Shown here: positions 47,356 to 57,652 of the stretch, in pieces
How the letters are laid out: every line of letters begins with the position of its first letter
Numbering within the stretch: position 1 is the stretch's first letter
Assembly: GCA_963771075.1 (NCBI GenBank)
Contig: CAVYSE010000024.1
Location: forward strand, 64,001-128,000
From: a candidate division FCPU426 bacterium
Lineage (GTDB): Bacteria; Oederibacteriota; Muellerivitia; Muellerivitales; Muellerivitaceae
DNA: 64,000 nucleotides
Direction: 5' to 3'
Position numbers and translations under genes: made by a program
The notes under the pieces: generated by a model
The model's database searches: none
What the model was told of the DNA's origin: nothing
What the model saw: only the letters and a program-made list of their open reading frames with translations

Positions 47356-48986
47356 ATGCGCGTCGAAGACCTTAACCTCAAGGAACTATTGGAATTAGAC
47401 CCGGAGGGAGGAAAGGTTCGTTTCGCCGGCCAAAGGGCTTTGATCTTCGACGCCGTTTCCCAAGGGCTCCTCCGCAAAGAACTCATCGAGTACCTACGGG
47501 GAGAGGACCGCCCGGGGCATCCTCAGCCGCTACGGCTACATCCACGGGCGGCGCCTGGCCGAGACCCTGAAAAACAAATTCAAATGGGACACGGAAGAGG
47601 ACTGGAAAAAAGCGGGCGCCCGGATCTACGCCCTGCAGGGTCTTTTCATGCAGGACCCGGATGGGCCCGCCACATTCGGGCCGGAGGGCGGCACTTGGCG
47701 GGTTTCCTACGAGGCCGAACAGCACCTGCTCCACATGGGCCGCTCGGATTCCCCGGTGTGCTGGAACCTGTGCGGGCTGATCAGCGGTTATTTAAGTTTC
47801 ACTTCCGATAAGGAAATGTACGCCCTGGAGGACAAGTGCGTCGGGAAGGGCGACACCGCCTGCCACGTGGTGATCAAGTCCGAGGAGGAATGGGGCGGCG
47901 AGGCGGGCGGGGAATTGGCGGTTTTCAAGCGCATGGGCATCGACGACGCCCTTCGGGATGTCACCTCCACGCTGAAACGGACGGAAATCGAGCTGCGGGA
48001 AAAGACCCGCAAACTGGCGGTCATCGCCAAGATCGAGGAGGACCCGGCGGAACTCATGGCCCGAAGCCCGGAGATGCGCAAACTGATGGAACTGGCCAAG
48101 ACCATCGCCGCCATCGATTCCACGGTGTTGATCACCGGCGAGAGCGGGACGGGCAAGGAACGCGTGGCCCGGTTCGTCCACGACAACTCGTCCCACGCGC
48201 AGGGGCCCTTCATCGCCATCAATTGCGGGGCCATCACCGAGACCCTGCTCGAAAGCGAGCTTTTCGGCCACGCGCGCGGGGCCTTCACCGGCGCCACGTC
48301 GGACCGGGCCGGGCTTTTCGAGGCGGCCAACGGCGGGACGCTCTTCCTGGACGAGGTGGGGGAAATCTCCCTTCCCATGCAGGTGAAGCTCCTGCGGGCC
48401 ATCCAGGAGAGGGAAGTGCGCCGGGTGGGGGAGAACAAGACCCGCCCGGGTCAACGTGCGCATCGTCAGCGCCACCAACAAGGACCTGTCCCGCGAGGTG
48501 ACGGAAAAGAGGTTCCGGGGCGACCTTTATTACCGCCTGAACGTGGTGGAATTGGCCGTGCCGTCCCTGCGCAAACGCCGGGAGGACATCCTCCCCCTGG
48601 CCCGGCTTTTATTGGCGGAAGCGGCCCTGCAGATGAAAAGGCCCGTGGACGGGCTGACCTCCCCGGCGGCGGACCAGCTGTTGGAGTATTCCTGGCCGGG
48701 CAACGTGCGGGAGCTGGCGAACGCCATGGAAAGGGCGGTGGCGGTGGCGAAAACGAACCGGGTGGATCTGGGGGACCTGCCTCCCCAGGTGATTTCGGTG
48801 GCGCCGCCGGTCCTCAGGCAGGGCGAGACCCGGCTCATGAAGGACGTGGAGAGGGATTGCATCCTGAACGCCCTGGAAAAAACGGACGGCAACCGGAGGA
48901 AAGCGGCCGACCTGATGGGCCTGGGCGTGGCGACCCTGTACCGCAAACTCAAGGCCTACAAGCTCCTGGACAAGGTGAAGGACTGA
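47356..48986 (+). CDS. XylR-type sigma54 enhancer-binding protein (XylR_N/V4R-AAA+-HTH; frameshifts near 47498 and 48447)
   Basis: [15 protein letters not shown] (V4R); [35 protein letters not shown]. Confidence 0.9.
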
Positions 48987-49113
48987 TCTTCCGGCATTCC
49001 GGATTTAAGGCGGACCAAACAAAAGTAGTTCGGCCGGTTCGGTGGCGGTGAAGGACAGCTGATCCGGAAGGCGTTTTTTTTTAGTCCCAGAGCAAAAAAG
49101 CGGGGTGTAATTT

Positions 49114-49128
49114 CTATCAATATGATAG
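49114..49128. promoter_or_regulatory. Palindromic putative activator site
   Basis: CTATCA-ATA-TGATAG. Confidence 0.6.
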
Positions 49129-49312
49129 TTCTTCTCGCGATGCCAAGATCCCGAATGACAATCCGCGCGAGCGCCCCTGCGTTCTATCGGTTCTCCTTCC
49201 CGTTCGGTGTTAGAGTGGCCGGGTCGGCGGCGCGTCCTCTCGCGGATGGGCCCCACCCTTCGGAGGATTCATCCCCAACCCAACCGCTTCCAAGACCATC
49301 CGCAAAATCGCC

Positions 49313-51568
49313 ATGCTGGGCAGTCACCTTCCACGCCTTTGCGGTATCGCCACCTTTACTTCCGACCTGAGCGACGCCCTCCAGGGTTCCTTCCCCGGGA
49401 TCGACCTGTTCAACCTGGCCATGAACGACGGCGAGCGGCGCTACGCCTACCCCGGCCGCGTCCGCTTCGAGCTGGAAGAAAACGACTTGGATTCCTACCG
49501 CCGGGCCGCCGATTTCCTGAATGTCAACACGGTGGACGTGTTGTGTCTCCAGCACGAGTACGGGATTTTCGGCGGCAAGGCTGGGAGCCACCTGTTGGTG
49601 CTCCTGCGCGAGCTTCGGATGCCCGTCGTCACGACCCTCCATACCATCCTCACCGAACCCAACGAGGTACAGCGTGCCGTCATGGATGAGCTCGCCTCCC
49701 TTTCCGAGCGCCTCGTGGTCATGACCTCCCACGGCGCCGCCACGCTCCAGGCGGTCCATGGGGTTCCCGCCCGCAAGATCGACCTGATCCCCCACGGCAT
49801 TCCCTCCGTCCCCTTCGACTGCCCGAACAAGGACCAGCTGGGCGTGGAGGGCAAGAAGGTGCTCCTCACCTTCGGGCTTCTCTCGCCGGACAAGGGAATC
49901 GAGAACGTCATCGAAGCCCTGCCGGCCATCCTGGCCCGGCATCCGGACACGGTTTACATCGTCCTGGGCGCCACCCACCCCCATGTCAAGGCCCATCAGG
50001 GGGAGATGTACCGGTTGGGGCTGGAAAACCGGGCCAAAAAGCTTGGCGTGGACTCGGCCGTTCTATTCCACAACCGCTTCGTCAGCCAGGAGGAACTCAC
50101 CCAGTTCCTTTCCGCCGCCGATATCTACGTCACGCCCTACCTCAACAAGGAACAAACCACCTCGGGCACCCTGGCCTACGCCTTGGGGTCGGGCCGAGCC
50201 GTCATCTCCACCCCCTATTGGCACGCCAGTGAGCTTCTCGCCGAGGGGCGCGGCATCCTGGTTCCCTGGAAGGACCCTCCCGCCATCGCCGAGGCGGTGA
50301 ACGACCTGCTTTCCAACGACGCCAAAAGGCTGGCCATGCGCCAGCGCGCCGCCGATTTGGGTAAGGAAATGCTTTGGCCCGCGGTGGGAATCCGGTATTT
50401 AAAAAGCTTCGAGCGGGCCCGGACGGAACAGGGGGCTAGGCTGAAGTCCGTGTTCCAGGCCAAAACCCTCATCCAGCAGCCCCTCGATTGGCCCGACATC
50501 AAACTCGACCACCTGCGCGTGATGACCGACGGGACCGGCCTCTTTCAGCACGCGGCCTTCAGCATCCCCCGTTACGAGGACGGCTACTGCCTGGACGACA
50601 ACGCGCGGGCGCTGCTTCTCATGACTTCCCTGGAGGACGCGGGCGCGGCCAACCGGCGGGAAACCCGCGCCCTGGCCATCCGTTACCTCGCCTTCGTGAA
50701 CCACGCTTATAACGCGGACAAGGGCCGTTTCCGGAATTTCCTTTCCTTCTCCAGGAATTGGACGGAGGAATCCGGGTCCGAGGAAAGCCACGGGCGGGCC
50801 CTTTGGGCGCTGGGAAACGTGGTGGGGCGCGCCGCCGAACCCGGGCGCCTGAGCCTGAGCAGCGGCCTCTTCCACGCGGCCTTGCCGGCGATCCAGGGTT
50901 TCTCCAGCCCGCGCGCCTGGGCCTACGCCCTATTGGGGATCGGCGAATACCTGCGCGCCTTCGGGGGCGACCGGGGCGTGCAATCGGCGGGAAGGACCAT
51001 CGCCGAGCGACTGTTGGGGCTTTACCATCGGACCCAAACCGGCGAATGGCCCTGGTTCGAGGACAAGGTCACCTACTGCAACGCGCGGCTTTCCCAGGCG
51101 CTGGTCGTTTCGGGAAGATGGATGGGGGACAAGGCCATGATCGAGGCCGGCCTGGCATCCCTTTCCTGGCTCTCCTCCATCCAACGCACGGAGGAGGACG
51201 GGGCCTTCGCTCCCGTGGGCTCCAACGGTTTTTACAAACGCGGCGAATCCAAGGCCTTCTTCGACCAGCAGCCCGTGGAAGCCTGCGGCATGGTGTCCGC
51301 CTGCCTGGAGGCCTACCGGGTGACGGGCGATGGCCATTGGTTGGAACAGGCCCGGCGGGCCTTCAATTGGTTTTTGGGGGAAAACCAGCTGCGGCAGCCC
51401 CTGTATGACGTGGCGACCGGCGGGTGCCGTGACGGCCTCCATGCCGACCGCGTGAACGAGAACGAGGGCGCCGAATCGACGCTTTCCTTCCTGCTCGCGC
51501 TCTGGGAGATGCGCTCCGCCGACGGTACCGGCGGGGTGAAACCAACCGAATGGGGGTCCAGGCGATGA
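49313..51568 (+). CDS. GT4 glycosyltransferase fused to an alpha-helical glycoside-hydrolase-like domain
   Basis: PRLCGIATF, QHEYGIFGG, TFGLLSPDKGIE; C-terminal GYCLDDNARAL, FDQQPVE, GAESTL. Confidence 0.88.
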   Translation: MLGSHLPRLCGIATFTSDLSDALQGSFPGIDLFNLAMNDGERRYAYPGRVRFELEENDLDSYRRAADFLNVNTVDVLCLQHEYGIFGGKAGSHLLVLLRELRMPVVTTLHTILTEPNEVQRAVMDELASLSERLVVMTSHGAATLQAVHGVPARKIDLIPHGIPSVPFDCPNKDQLGVEGKKVLLTFGLLSPDKGIENVIEALPAILARHPDTVYIVLGATHPHVKAHQGEMYRLGLENRAKKLGVDSAVLFHNRFVSQEELTQFLSAADIYVTPYLNKEQTTSGTLAYALGSGRAVISTPYWHASELLAEGRGILVPWKDPPAIAEAVNDLLSNDAKRLAMRQRAADLGKEMLWPAVGIRYLKSFERARTEQGARLKSVFQAKTLIQQPLDWPDIKLDHLRVMTDGTGLFQHAAFSIPRYEDGYCLDDNARALLLMTSLEDAGAANRRETRALAIRYLAFVNHAYNADKGRFRNFLSFSRNWTEESGSEESHGRALWALGNVVGRAAEPGRLSLSSGLFHAALPAIQGFSSPRAWAYALLGIGEYLRAFGGDRGVQSAGRTIAERLLGLYHRTQTGEWPWFEDKVTYCNARLSQALVVSGRWMGDKAMIEAGLASLSWLSSIQRTEEDGAFAPVGSNGFYKRGESKAFFDQQPVEACGMVSACLEAYRVTGDGHWLEQARRAFNWFLGENQLRQPLYDVATGGCRDGLHADRVNENEGAESTLSFLLALWEMRSADGTGGVKPTEWGSRR

Positions 51569-52527
51569 CGGCGAACAAGGGCTATGAGGTCATGTTTCAG
51601 AGGTACGAAAAAAACCCGATCTTAACGGCGGCTGACTGGCCCTATCCGGCCCATTCCGTCTTCAACGCGGGCGCGACCCTGCTGAAGGACGGCACGACTC
51701 TCCTGCTTTGCCGGGTGGAGGACCGCCGCGGCCACTCGCATCTTTGCGCGGCCCGTTCGAAAAACGGGCTGGATGGGTGGGTCATCGATGAAAAACCCAC
51801 CCTCCTGCCCGACCCCCAAAACCACCCCCAGGAACTCTGGGGCATTGAGGACCCCCGGATCACCTTTCTGGAGGAAACCGGGATGTACATGGTGGCCTAC
51901 ACCGCCTACAGCAAAAACGGGCCGGGTGTGGCCTTGGCCGAGACCGGGGACTTTAAGACCTTCAAGCGATACGGGATGGTCATGCAACCCGACGACAAGG
52001 ACGCGGCCATGCTTCCCCGGCGCATCGACGGGAGCTACGCGCTCATCCACCGCCCCCTGACCGATTCGGGGGCCAGCATCTGGATCTCCTACTCACCGGA
52101 CCTTCAAAACTGGGGTAACCACGCTCAAATCCTCCCGGCCCGCCGGGGCGCCTGGTGGGACGCCAACAAAATCGGCTTGTCCGGGCCGCTGATCGAAACG
52201 AAGCGGGGATGGCTGATGCTTTACCACGGCGTGCGGCAAACGGGGTCGGGTTGCATTTACCGGCTGGGCGCGGCGCTTCTCGCCCTGGACAATCCGGAAC
52301 GCTGCCTGCTCCGGGGCGATTCCTGGCTTTTCAGCCCGGAGGCTCCCTACGAACGCGGGGGGGACGTGGCCAATGTGGTATTTCCCTGCGGCCAGACGAT
52401 CGGGGAGGATGGGGACAGGATCCATCTTTATTACGGCGCGGCGGATACCAGCATCGCAACGGCGGTGGGAAGCATCCGCCAGATATTGCGATGGTTGGAT
52501 GAGAACGGGAATAACCCGGCGGCTTAA
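51565..52527 (+). CDS. GH130-family glycosidase/phosphorylase
   Basis: NPIL, VFNAGA, GIEDPRI, DKDAA, YHGV, NVVFPCG, YYGAADT. Confidence 0.9.
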   Translation: MTANKGYEVMFQRYEKNPILTAADWPYPAHSVFNAGATLLKDGTTLLLCRVEDRRGHSHLCAARSKNGLDGWVIDEKPTLLPDPQNHPQELWGIEDPRITFLEETGMYMVAYTAYSKNGPGVALAETGDFKTFKRYGMVMQPDDKDAAMLPRRIDGSYALIHRPLTDSGASIWISYSPDLQNWGNHAQILPARRGAWWDANKIGLSGPLIETKRGWLMLYHGVRQTGSGCIYRLGAALLALDNPERCLLRGDSWLFSPEAPYERGGDVANVVFPCGQTIGEDGDRIHLYYGAADTSIATAVGSIRQILRWLDENGNNPAA

Positions 52528-52640
52528 GACGTTGGCTCGGGTGTGAAATAAAAAAACCCGCGTACCCTTGAGGGGAAGCGGGCCACAAAAACAGGATTAC
52601 TTAGTAGTGCTTCAGTTCGAAAATAGCTTGTTTGTTAAGC

Positions 52641-53001
52641 CGTCATTGCGAGGTTCAGCCCCAATCGGGGCGGGTTGTCCTACGTTGCCCATTGGGCAAC
52701 GTAAATCAGGACTATGCCGCTAACCCTTTGGCTTTTATTGTAAAACGGCATGAACCAAGCTTGTGGTAGTTGGCCTGAAATCGGCCAACCATCCATGGGC
52801 TTTAGTCCATGGACAATCTCAGGCTGACTCATACCACGAATGGCAAAACCTGAGATTCTTACGTCGCATACCGCTTTTCTATTAGGTATTTATTGAAGCG
52901 GTATTGCCCAGTCTTCCGTTGCCCTAAAGGGCAACGGGGGCAAATCGTACTGATCTCCTAATTTCAAGGAAATGGAAATCAGCACTGCTTCTCGGAATGA
53001 C
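52641..53001. repeat. Cluster of nested REP-like palindromes
   Basis: GTCATTGCGAG...CTCGGAATGAC outer pair; inner CGTTGCCCATTGGGCAACG, CCATGGGCTTTAGTCCATGG, AATCTCAGG..CCTGAGATT, CGTTGCCCTAAAGGGCAACG. Confidence 0.65.
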
Positions 53002-53023
53002 ACCCTAAACAACTCACTACTGG

Positions 53024-53389
53024 CTACTTCGCGGCGACGGCCTGCGCTTTCGCTTCAGTTCCGGCGGTGGGGAAATTCGCGCTCGCCCACTCCTGCATGC
53101 CGCCTACGAACTCCGTGGCCTTAAAACCCTTCATTTGCAGGGCCTTGGCCGCTTTGGGTCCCGCGTCGCAGGAGGCCCCGGCGCAATAGGTGACGAAGAA
53201 CTTGCCTTTGCCGTATTTTTTCTCAACCGCCTCGATGAAATCCTCGGTTTTTTCCCCGATCGGAAGATTCTCGGAACCCTCGATGTGGAGCTTGGCGAAA
53301 TCCGCCTCCGGCAATACGTTCAAAACGACGGTGTTGTGGTCCTTCATCTTGTCCTTGAGAGCTTCCTTTGAAATCGGCATGCTTTTCAC
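53024..53389 (-). CDS. Rhodanese-domain protein
   Basis: LHIEGS, YCAGASC, GGMQEW. Confidence 0.88.
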   Translation of the reverse strand: MKSMPISKEALKDKMKDHNTVVLNVLPEADFAKLHIEGSENLPIGEKTEDFIEAVEKKYGKGKFFVTYCAGASCDAGPKAAKALQMKGFKATEFVGGMQEWASANFPTAGTEAKAQAVAAK

Positions 53390-53425
53390 CTCTTGATGTT
53401 TTTAATGGACTTCAACCTTACTTAA

Positions 53426-53441
53426 AGCAAGTAGCGTGCCC
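53426..53441 (-). promoter_or_regulatory. sigma54 -24/-12 promoter
   Basis: GGGCACGCTACTTGCT (GG-N10-GC). Confidence 0.8.
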
Positions 53442-53673
53442 CGGCCTAGGGCGGATCGGTGTTTCCGTTATTCATTCAACGCGGGGAAACAACGTTTTAT
53501 GGGAGGGGATGGACGGATCGGCGGACCTTCCGGTTTTCCGATCAAATCGACCGGGCAAGGCTCTCGTTTTGGTAGCGCTTCCGAATAGGTGTTCAGGAAG
53601 CCGATTGCTTTTAGCTATAAGCCTTTAGTTAAAAGCATACATCGACAAGCCGAGAGCCTACCCATTTCCGGGT

Positions 53674-54030
53674 TTATTCCGCGGTGTATTTCCTGGAACC
53701 GGACGAATAGCAGAGGGTCATCTCAGCCTCCCCTTTCCCCGTGTTCTGGACCCAATGGATCACCCTCAGGGGAACGGTGAGCGCGTCCCCCGGCAGGAGA
53801 TTCACCTCCCGGCCGCCCGCCTGGACGCAGGCGCTGCCCCGGATCATGAGGATCACCTCATCCGCGTTGGAATGGCTGTGGGGCCCGTCGGAAAACCCCG
53901 GATGAAGGATCAACCGGCCCACCGTCACCGAACTGCCGGAAAGGGTTTGGTTGGCCACCCAGGACAGGGAGCCCCAGGTTTCCACCGCCTTGTTTTTTTC
54001 CGAATCCCGCGCGTTCACCAATCCGGTCAT
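53674..54030 (-). CDS. Cupin domain protein
   Basis: PHSHSNADE and PGD..VP...HWVQN. Confidence 0.85.
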   Translation of the reverse strand: MTGLVNARDSEKNKAVETWGSLSWVANQTLSGSSVTVGRLILHPGFSDGPHSHSNADEVILMIRGSACVQAGGREVNLLPGDALTVPLRVIHWVQNTGKGEAEMTLCYSSGSRKYTAE

Positions 54031-54380
54031 GGGAGGACCTCGGTTCTCGGGGGCCGGGTGGCTTCCGTCGAAAATCCGGACCCCTTCCACTCGGCGAGCC
54101 CACCGGGAAAGGCTTCCGCCCACAAGCCCCTCTTGCGCAGGGCCAGGGCCGCTTCATCCGCGAGGGTGGAGGGGGGCTCGAGGCCGTAAACGATGAAAAA
54201 CTTACCCCTCCCGAATTTCATTTCCACCGTCTGGGCGAATAAAGCCTGGTTCGGAAGATAGGGAATGTTATGGGAGCCCGTGATGTGGCGTTCCCGGTAA
54301 TCCCCTTCCGGCTGAACGTTTAAAACCACCACGTGGGGTTTTCTCATCTTATCCAGCAGTATTTCTTTTGTGACGGTCAT
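54027..54380 (-). CDS. Rhodanese-like protein lacking the catalytic Cys
   Basis: HITGSHNIP and GGLAEW present; loop reads YGLEPPS. Confidence 0.8.
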   Translation of the reverse strand: MTVTKEILLDKMRKPHVVVLNVQPEGDYRERHITGSHNIPYLPNQALFAQTVEMKFGRGKFFIVYGLEPPSTLADEAALALRKRGLWAEAFPGGLAEWKGSGFSTEATRPPRTEVLP

Positions 54381-54435
54381 GGGTTCCTTTTTCTAAATGA
54401 GTCGGTGTGGATGAAGCGGGTTGGAGCGGGACCCT

Positions 54436-54684
54436 TCATTCGTAAATCTTGGCCGCCAGGAACATGTTGGCGATAAAACCCCAGGGAATGTTGGGAGGTT
54501 CGGTGAGGTGGTTGATTTCATTAAATCCTTCCATCTCCCCGACCCAGCTCGCCATGCCGGTTAAAAAGCCGCTCAACTTCTTGTTTTCCCACTCGTCCGG
54601 GAAATTTTTGTGGTTCTCGGCCAGTTCGTTCAAGAAACGAATAAACTCGGCTTTGGTTTTCACATCTTTTTCATCCATGTTCAC
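54436..54684 (-). CDS. Small conserved-looking hypothetical protein
   Basis: EWEN..L..FL..MASW...PW..A.M.LAAKIYE helical pattern. Confidence 0.65.
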   Translation of the reverse strand: MNMDEKDVKTKAEFIRFLNELAENHKNFPDEWENKKLSGFLTGMASWVGEMEGFNEINHLTEPPNIPWGFIANMFLAAKIYE

Positions 54685-54738
54685 CCTGGTTTCCCCCAGT
54701 TCCCAAGCCGCCCGGGCGGGCGCCGGGGTGGATTGGGC

Positions 54739-55515
54739 CTAATTTTGTCCCGCGCGATTCCCAATTTCCATTTCCTCGAACCAATAGCCGTAACGGTCGT
54801 AATGCCGGTAGAGCCGGACCTCGTCATTCCGGGTCGGGGTGGCGGGGGGAGTGAATTCGGGCGATTTTCGGACGGCCTCCCGGGTCAGGTTCGTGAAAAC
54901 CTTCTTTTCGGCCCAGCTCACCCGCTCGATCCAGCGTGGTGATACTAGCACATGCCTCCCCGGCAGCCAATTTTTCGTGTCGGCCACCAGGTAACGGATC
55001 GTCCAGTATTCCTCGTCGATGATAAAATCGTCGATATGCCCGATCTCCCCGTCTATGGCTTGGAGGTGGTGCCCCGTCACGTCCCGGGTGCTGAACAGGT
55101 TCGGATCGCAGGCTTTCGGCTCTTCCCGGACCGCCGGCCAGGTGGCCGGGTCCCGGGACAGGTTCCGGTAGTTTCCCCACATATAGGGGCCGCCCCAATA
55201 GGCCGGCCATCCGAAATAGTTGAAATAGGTTTTCTCGAACTGGTGGGAGACGGGCTGGTCGCTTTCCAGGGAAGGGCTTTCCTCGATCTGGCGCAGGGTC
55301 AAATCGACGGTGAGGTACTTGTTTTCGGGATGGACCGAGGTCAGCGCGTAAGGCGAGATCAGCACCTTCCGGCCCTTGAGCCAGCCGCCGGTGTCGGCCA
55401 CCAGGTAGCGGACCGTCCAATGTTTGTCGTCGAATAGGAATTCATCGACGGTTCCCACCTCTCCGTCTCGGCAATGCAGGGTATAGCCCCGAAGGGTCTT
55501 GGCTGGGTGCATCAT
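54739..55515 (-). CDS. Tandem PRC-barrel domain protein
   Basis: Repeated DGE.G..D.F..D..WT.RYLVADT..WL.GR.VL.SP. Confidence 0.88.
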   Translation of the reverse strand: MMHPAKTLRGYTLHCRDGEVGTVDEFLFDDKHWTVRYLVADTGGWLKGRKVLISPYALTSVHPENKYLTVDLTLRQIEESPSLESDQPVSHQFEKTYFNYFGWPAYWGGPYMWGNYRNLSRDPATWPAVREEPKACDPNLFSTRDVTGHHLQAIDGEIGHIDDFIIDEEYWTIRYLVADTKNWLPGRHVLVSPRWIERVSWAEKKVFTNLTREAVRKSPEFTPPATPTRNDEVRLYRHYDRYGYWFEEMEIGNRAGQN

Positions 55516-55552
55516 GGGTGTTTCCTTTCATCGCGGGGAACCGGGGCCTCCC

Positions 55553-56476
55553 TCACAAGGCTTTTGCGTGTGAAACTTCTTTTGCTTGGTTCGCTTGTTC
55601 CTGGCCGATCCCCATGGTCAGCGCCGTCAGGCCGGCCACCCCGCCCAACTGCATGGTTTCCACCACCGTGCTGGGCACGATGACGATCGTGGCGTTTTTC
55701 TTCAGGCCCTCGTAAAGCATGTTCATGGCCCTCAAGTGCAGGGCCACGGGGTTGTGGGCGTAGGTCTTGGCCGCCTCCCCGAATTTTTCCGCCACCTGCC
55801 GCTCCGAATCGCCCAAAATCACCCGGGCCTGGCGCTCCCTTTCGGCCTGGGCCTGCATGGACATGGCGTCCTCCAGGGCCGGTGGAATCAGCACGTCCTT
55901 AACCTCCACCGAAATCACGTTGATGCCCCAGGGCTCGGTGCGGACGTCGATGATCTTTTGCAGCTCGGTGCTGATCTTTTCCCGGCCTTCCAGCATGTCG
56001 GAAAGCATGGTCTTGCCGATGACGTCCCTCAGGGCCGTCTGGGAGGCCCAGTTGATGGCGCTTTGGTAGTCGGCCACGTCTAGGGCCGCCTTCTTGGGGT
56101 CCACGACCTTCCAGAAAAGCACCGCGTCCACATCCACCGGGACCGTGTCCTTGGTCAGGGTCTTTTCCGCCTTGAAAGAGGAGGTGATGACCCGGGTGTC
56201 GATCCAGTAGGCGACCATGTCGATAATGGGAATGATGAAGAATAGCCCCGGGCCTTCCAGGGACCGGTACTTGCCCAGCCGGAGGATCACGACCCTTTCC
56301 CACTGGTCCGCGACCTTGATGGCCTGGGCGCAGAGGATGGCGAGGGCCAGGGTGAAGGCGCCCACCAGGGCGCTTCCAATGACGGCGGAGGCGCTATAGA
56401 AGCCAAAGGCTACCAGCCCCCCCAACACGAGTATCGTGAAAAAGACTAATGCCGGAAATGAACTGCCGTTTCTCAT
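55553..56476 (-). CDS. SPFH/stomatin-like (slipin) protein
   Basis: LTKDTVPVDVDAV, AQAERERQARVI. Confidence 0.9.
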   Translation of the reverse strand: MRNGSSFPALVFFTILVLGGLVAFGFYSASAVIGSALVGAFTLALAILCAQAIKVADQWERVVILRLGKYRSLEGPGLFFIIPIIDMVAYWIDTRVITSSFKAEKTLTKDTVPVDVDAVLFWKVVDPKKAALDVADYQSAINWASQTALRDVIGKTMLSDMLEGREKISTELQKIIDVRTEPWGINVISVEVKDVLIPPALEDAMSMQAQAERERQARVILGDSERQVAEKFGEAAKTYAHNPVALHLRAMNMLYEGLKKNATIVIVPSTVVETMQLGGVAGLTALTMGIGQEQANQAKEVSHAKAL

Positions 56477-56525
56477 AGTGAAATTCCTCCAGGAATTGCA
56501 GAAAAATTTTCTCAAGACCAGTTAA

Positions 56526-56541
56526 AGCAAGGAACATGCCC
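56526..56541 (-). promoter_or_regulatory. sigma54 -24/-12 promoter
   Basis: GGGCATGTTCCTTGCT. Confidence 0.75.
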
Positions 56542-56728
56542 CGTTGAAACGACTCTTCATCGCGAAAAACGCCTTTAAGTAAGGGGAAAATTTGATTTTA
56601 TGTTTTCTAGGGCATGCTCCGCCGGCCCGAATCAATCAAAACGATAGCTTTCGGTTCTCTTTTTGATCTTTAAAGCTTCCGAACTTGGATTGGGTTGGTT
56701 TTATCGCGAGTTAAAAAGATTCGGTGTC

Positions 56729-56744
56729 CGGCTTGATTCTTGCT
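56729..56744 (+). promoter_or_regulatory. sigma54 -24/-12 promoter
   Basis: CGGCTTGATTCTTGCT. Confidence 0.65.
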
Positions 56745-56772
56745 TTTCTAAATCCTGATACCCGTTCCATTC

Positions 56773-57039
56773 ATGAAGAATTTCTATCACGGCAAAGGAT
56801 CCCAAATGATCGCGTTAAAAAATGATGTGTTAGGGGCTTCGCCCATCGGAGCCGAGGCCAACAAGCAAATCGAGGAAGCCGCCTATTATTGTTATTTGAA
56901 CCGCCAACGTTACGGCCAGGAAGGCGACACCCTGAGTGATTGGCACGAGGCGGAAAGCGAGGTAAGGAAAAAACAAGCCCAACACCTCAACCCGATCCTC
57001 AGCTTTGCGTCGGTCCTCAAAAAAATCGTTAAGAAATGA
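56773..57039 (+). CDS. DUF2934-like protein
   Basis: IEEAAYY....R...G....DWHEAE. Confidence 0.75.
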   Translation: MKNFYHGKGSQMIALKNDVLGASPIGAEANKQIEEAAYYCYLNRQRYGQEGDTLSDWHEAESEVRKKQAQHLNPILSFASVLKKIVKK

Positions 57040-57135
57040 TCGCTTCACAGGGTATCCCCCGTCTATTTCGATTCGTTTTTTTGAATGTCGAAGTAAATAG
57101 GCAAGGGAATGACTCTCGATAGTTCCCGGGCCCCG

Positions 57136-57426
57136 TTATTTGATCTTGGCCAGTAACCGATGGATGGCTTTTTCCAAAACTTCGCAAGCGGTATCGACCC
57201 CGATTTTCATGGATTCCCATTCCGCTTCACCGGCATGTTGTAGTTCTAAGATTGTCGCCTCGAGGTCTAAGCGTTTTGCCTGGATCTCCTCGATTTCCTT
57301 TTGGTAGGCCGCCTGGGAATTCGCCCGGACCTGGGACGCCATGGATAAGAACTCCTGGATCTCCCCGGTCCATTTATTGATTTTCCATTTTATTTCTTCA
57401 ACATAAGCGTCTCTTCGTAATCCCAC
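57136..57426 (-). CDS. Coiled-coil small stress-type protein
   Basis: RDAYVE..K..I.KW...I and AWE-like EWESMKIGVD. Confidence 0.65.
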   Translation of the reverse strand: MGLRRDAYVEEIKWKINKWTGEIQEFLSMASQVRANSQAAYQKEIEEIQAKRLDLEATILELQHAGEAEWESMKIGVDTACEVLEKAIHRLLAKIK

Positions 57427-57463
57427 GAGGGCGCCTCTTTCATATAAATTTTGAAGGAATGGA

Positions 57464-57652
57464 TTAAACCGTCAACGTACCCCGGCTTTTCCAAATCAAT
57501 CCTGCCTGGTCGGCGGGAACTTCATGACTGTAATTTTCATCGAACTCACGGGTCCCGGGAATAGGCCTGCTTTTCCTTCGCCGGGCCGGGAGGGGAAGGA
57601 CTTTAGGTTGGAAACGGGGCTTTTCAGGCTTTTGGGTAAGGGCCTTGGTCAT
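57464..57652 (-). CDS. Small hypothetical protein
   Basis: ATGA overlap with the SOD-like gene stop. Confidence 0.4.
   Translation of the reverse strand: MTKALTQKPEKPRFQPKVLPLPARRRKSRPIPGTREFDENYSHEVPADQAGLIWKSRGTLTV

Noticed and set aside
47356..48986. Split sigma54 activator as three genes or a pseudogene
   Set aside because: The domains are collinear across two single-base shifts, so it is probably one gene with sequencing indels.
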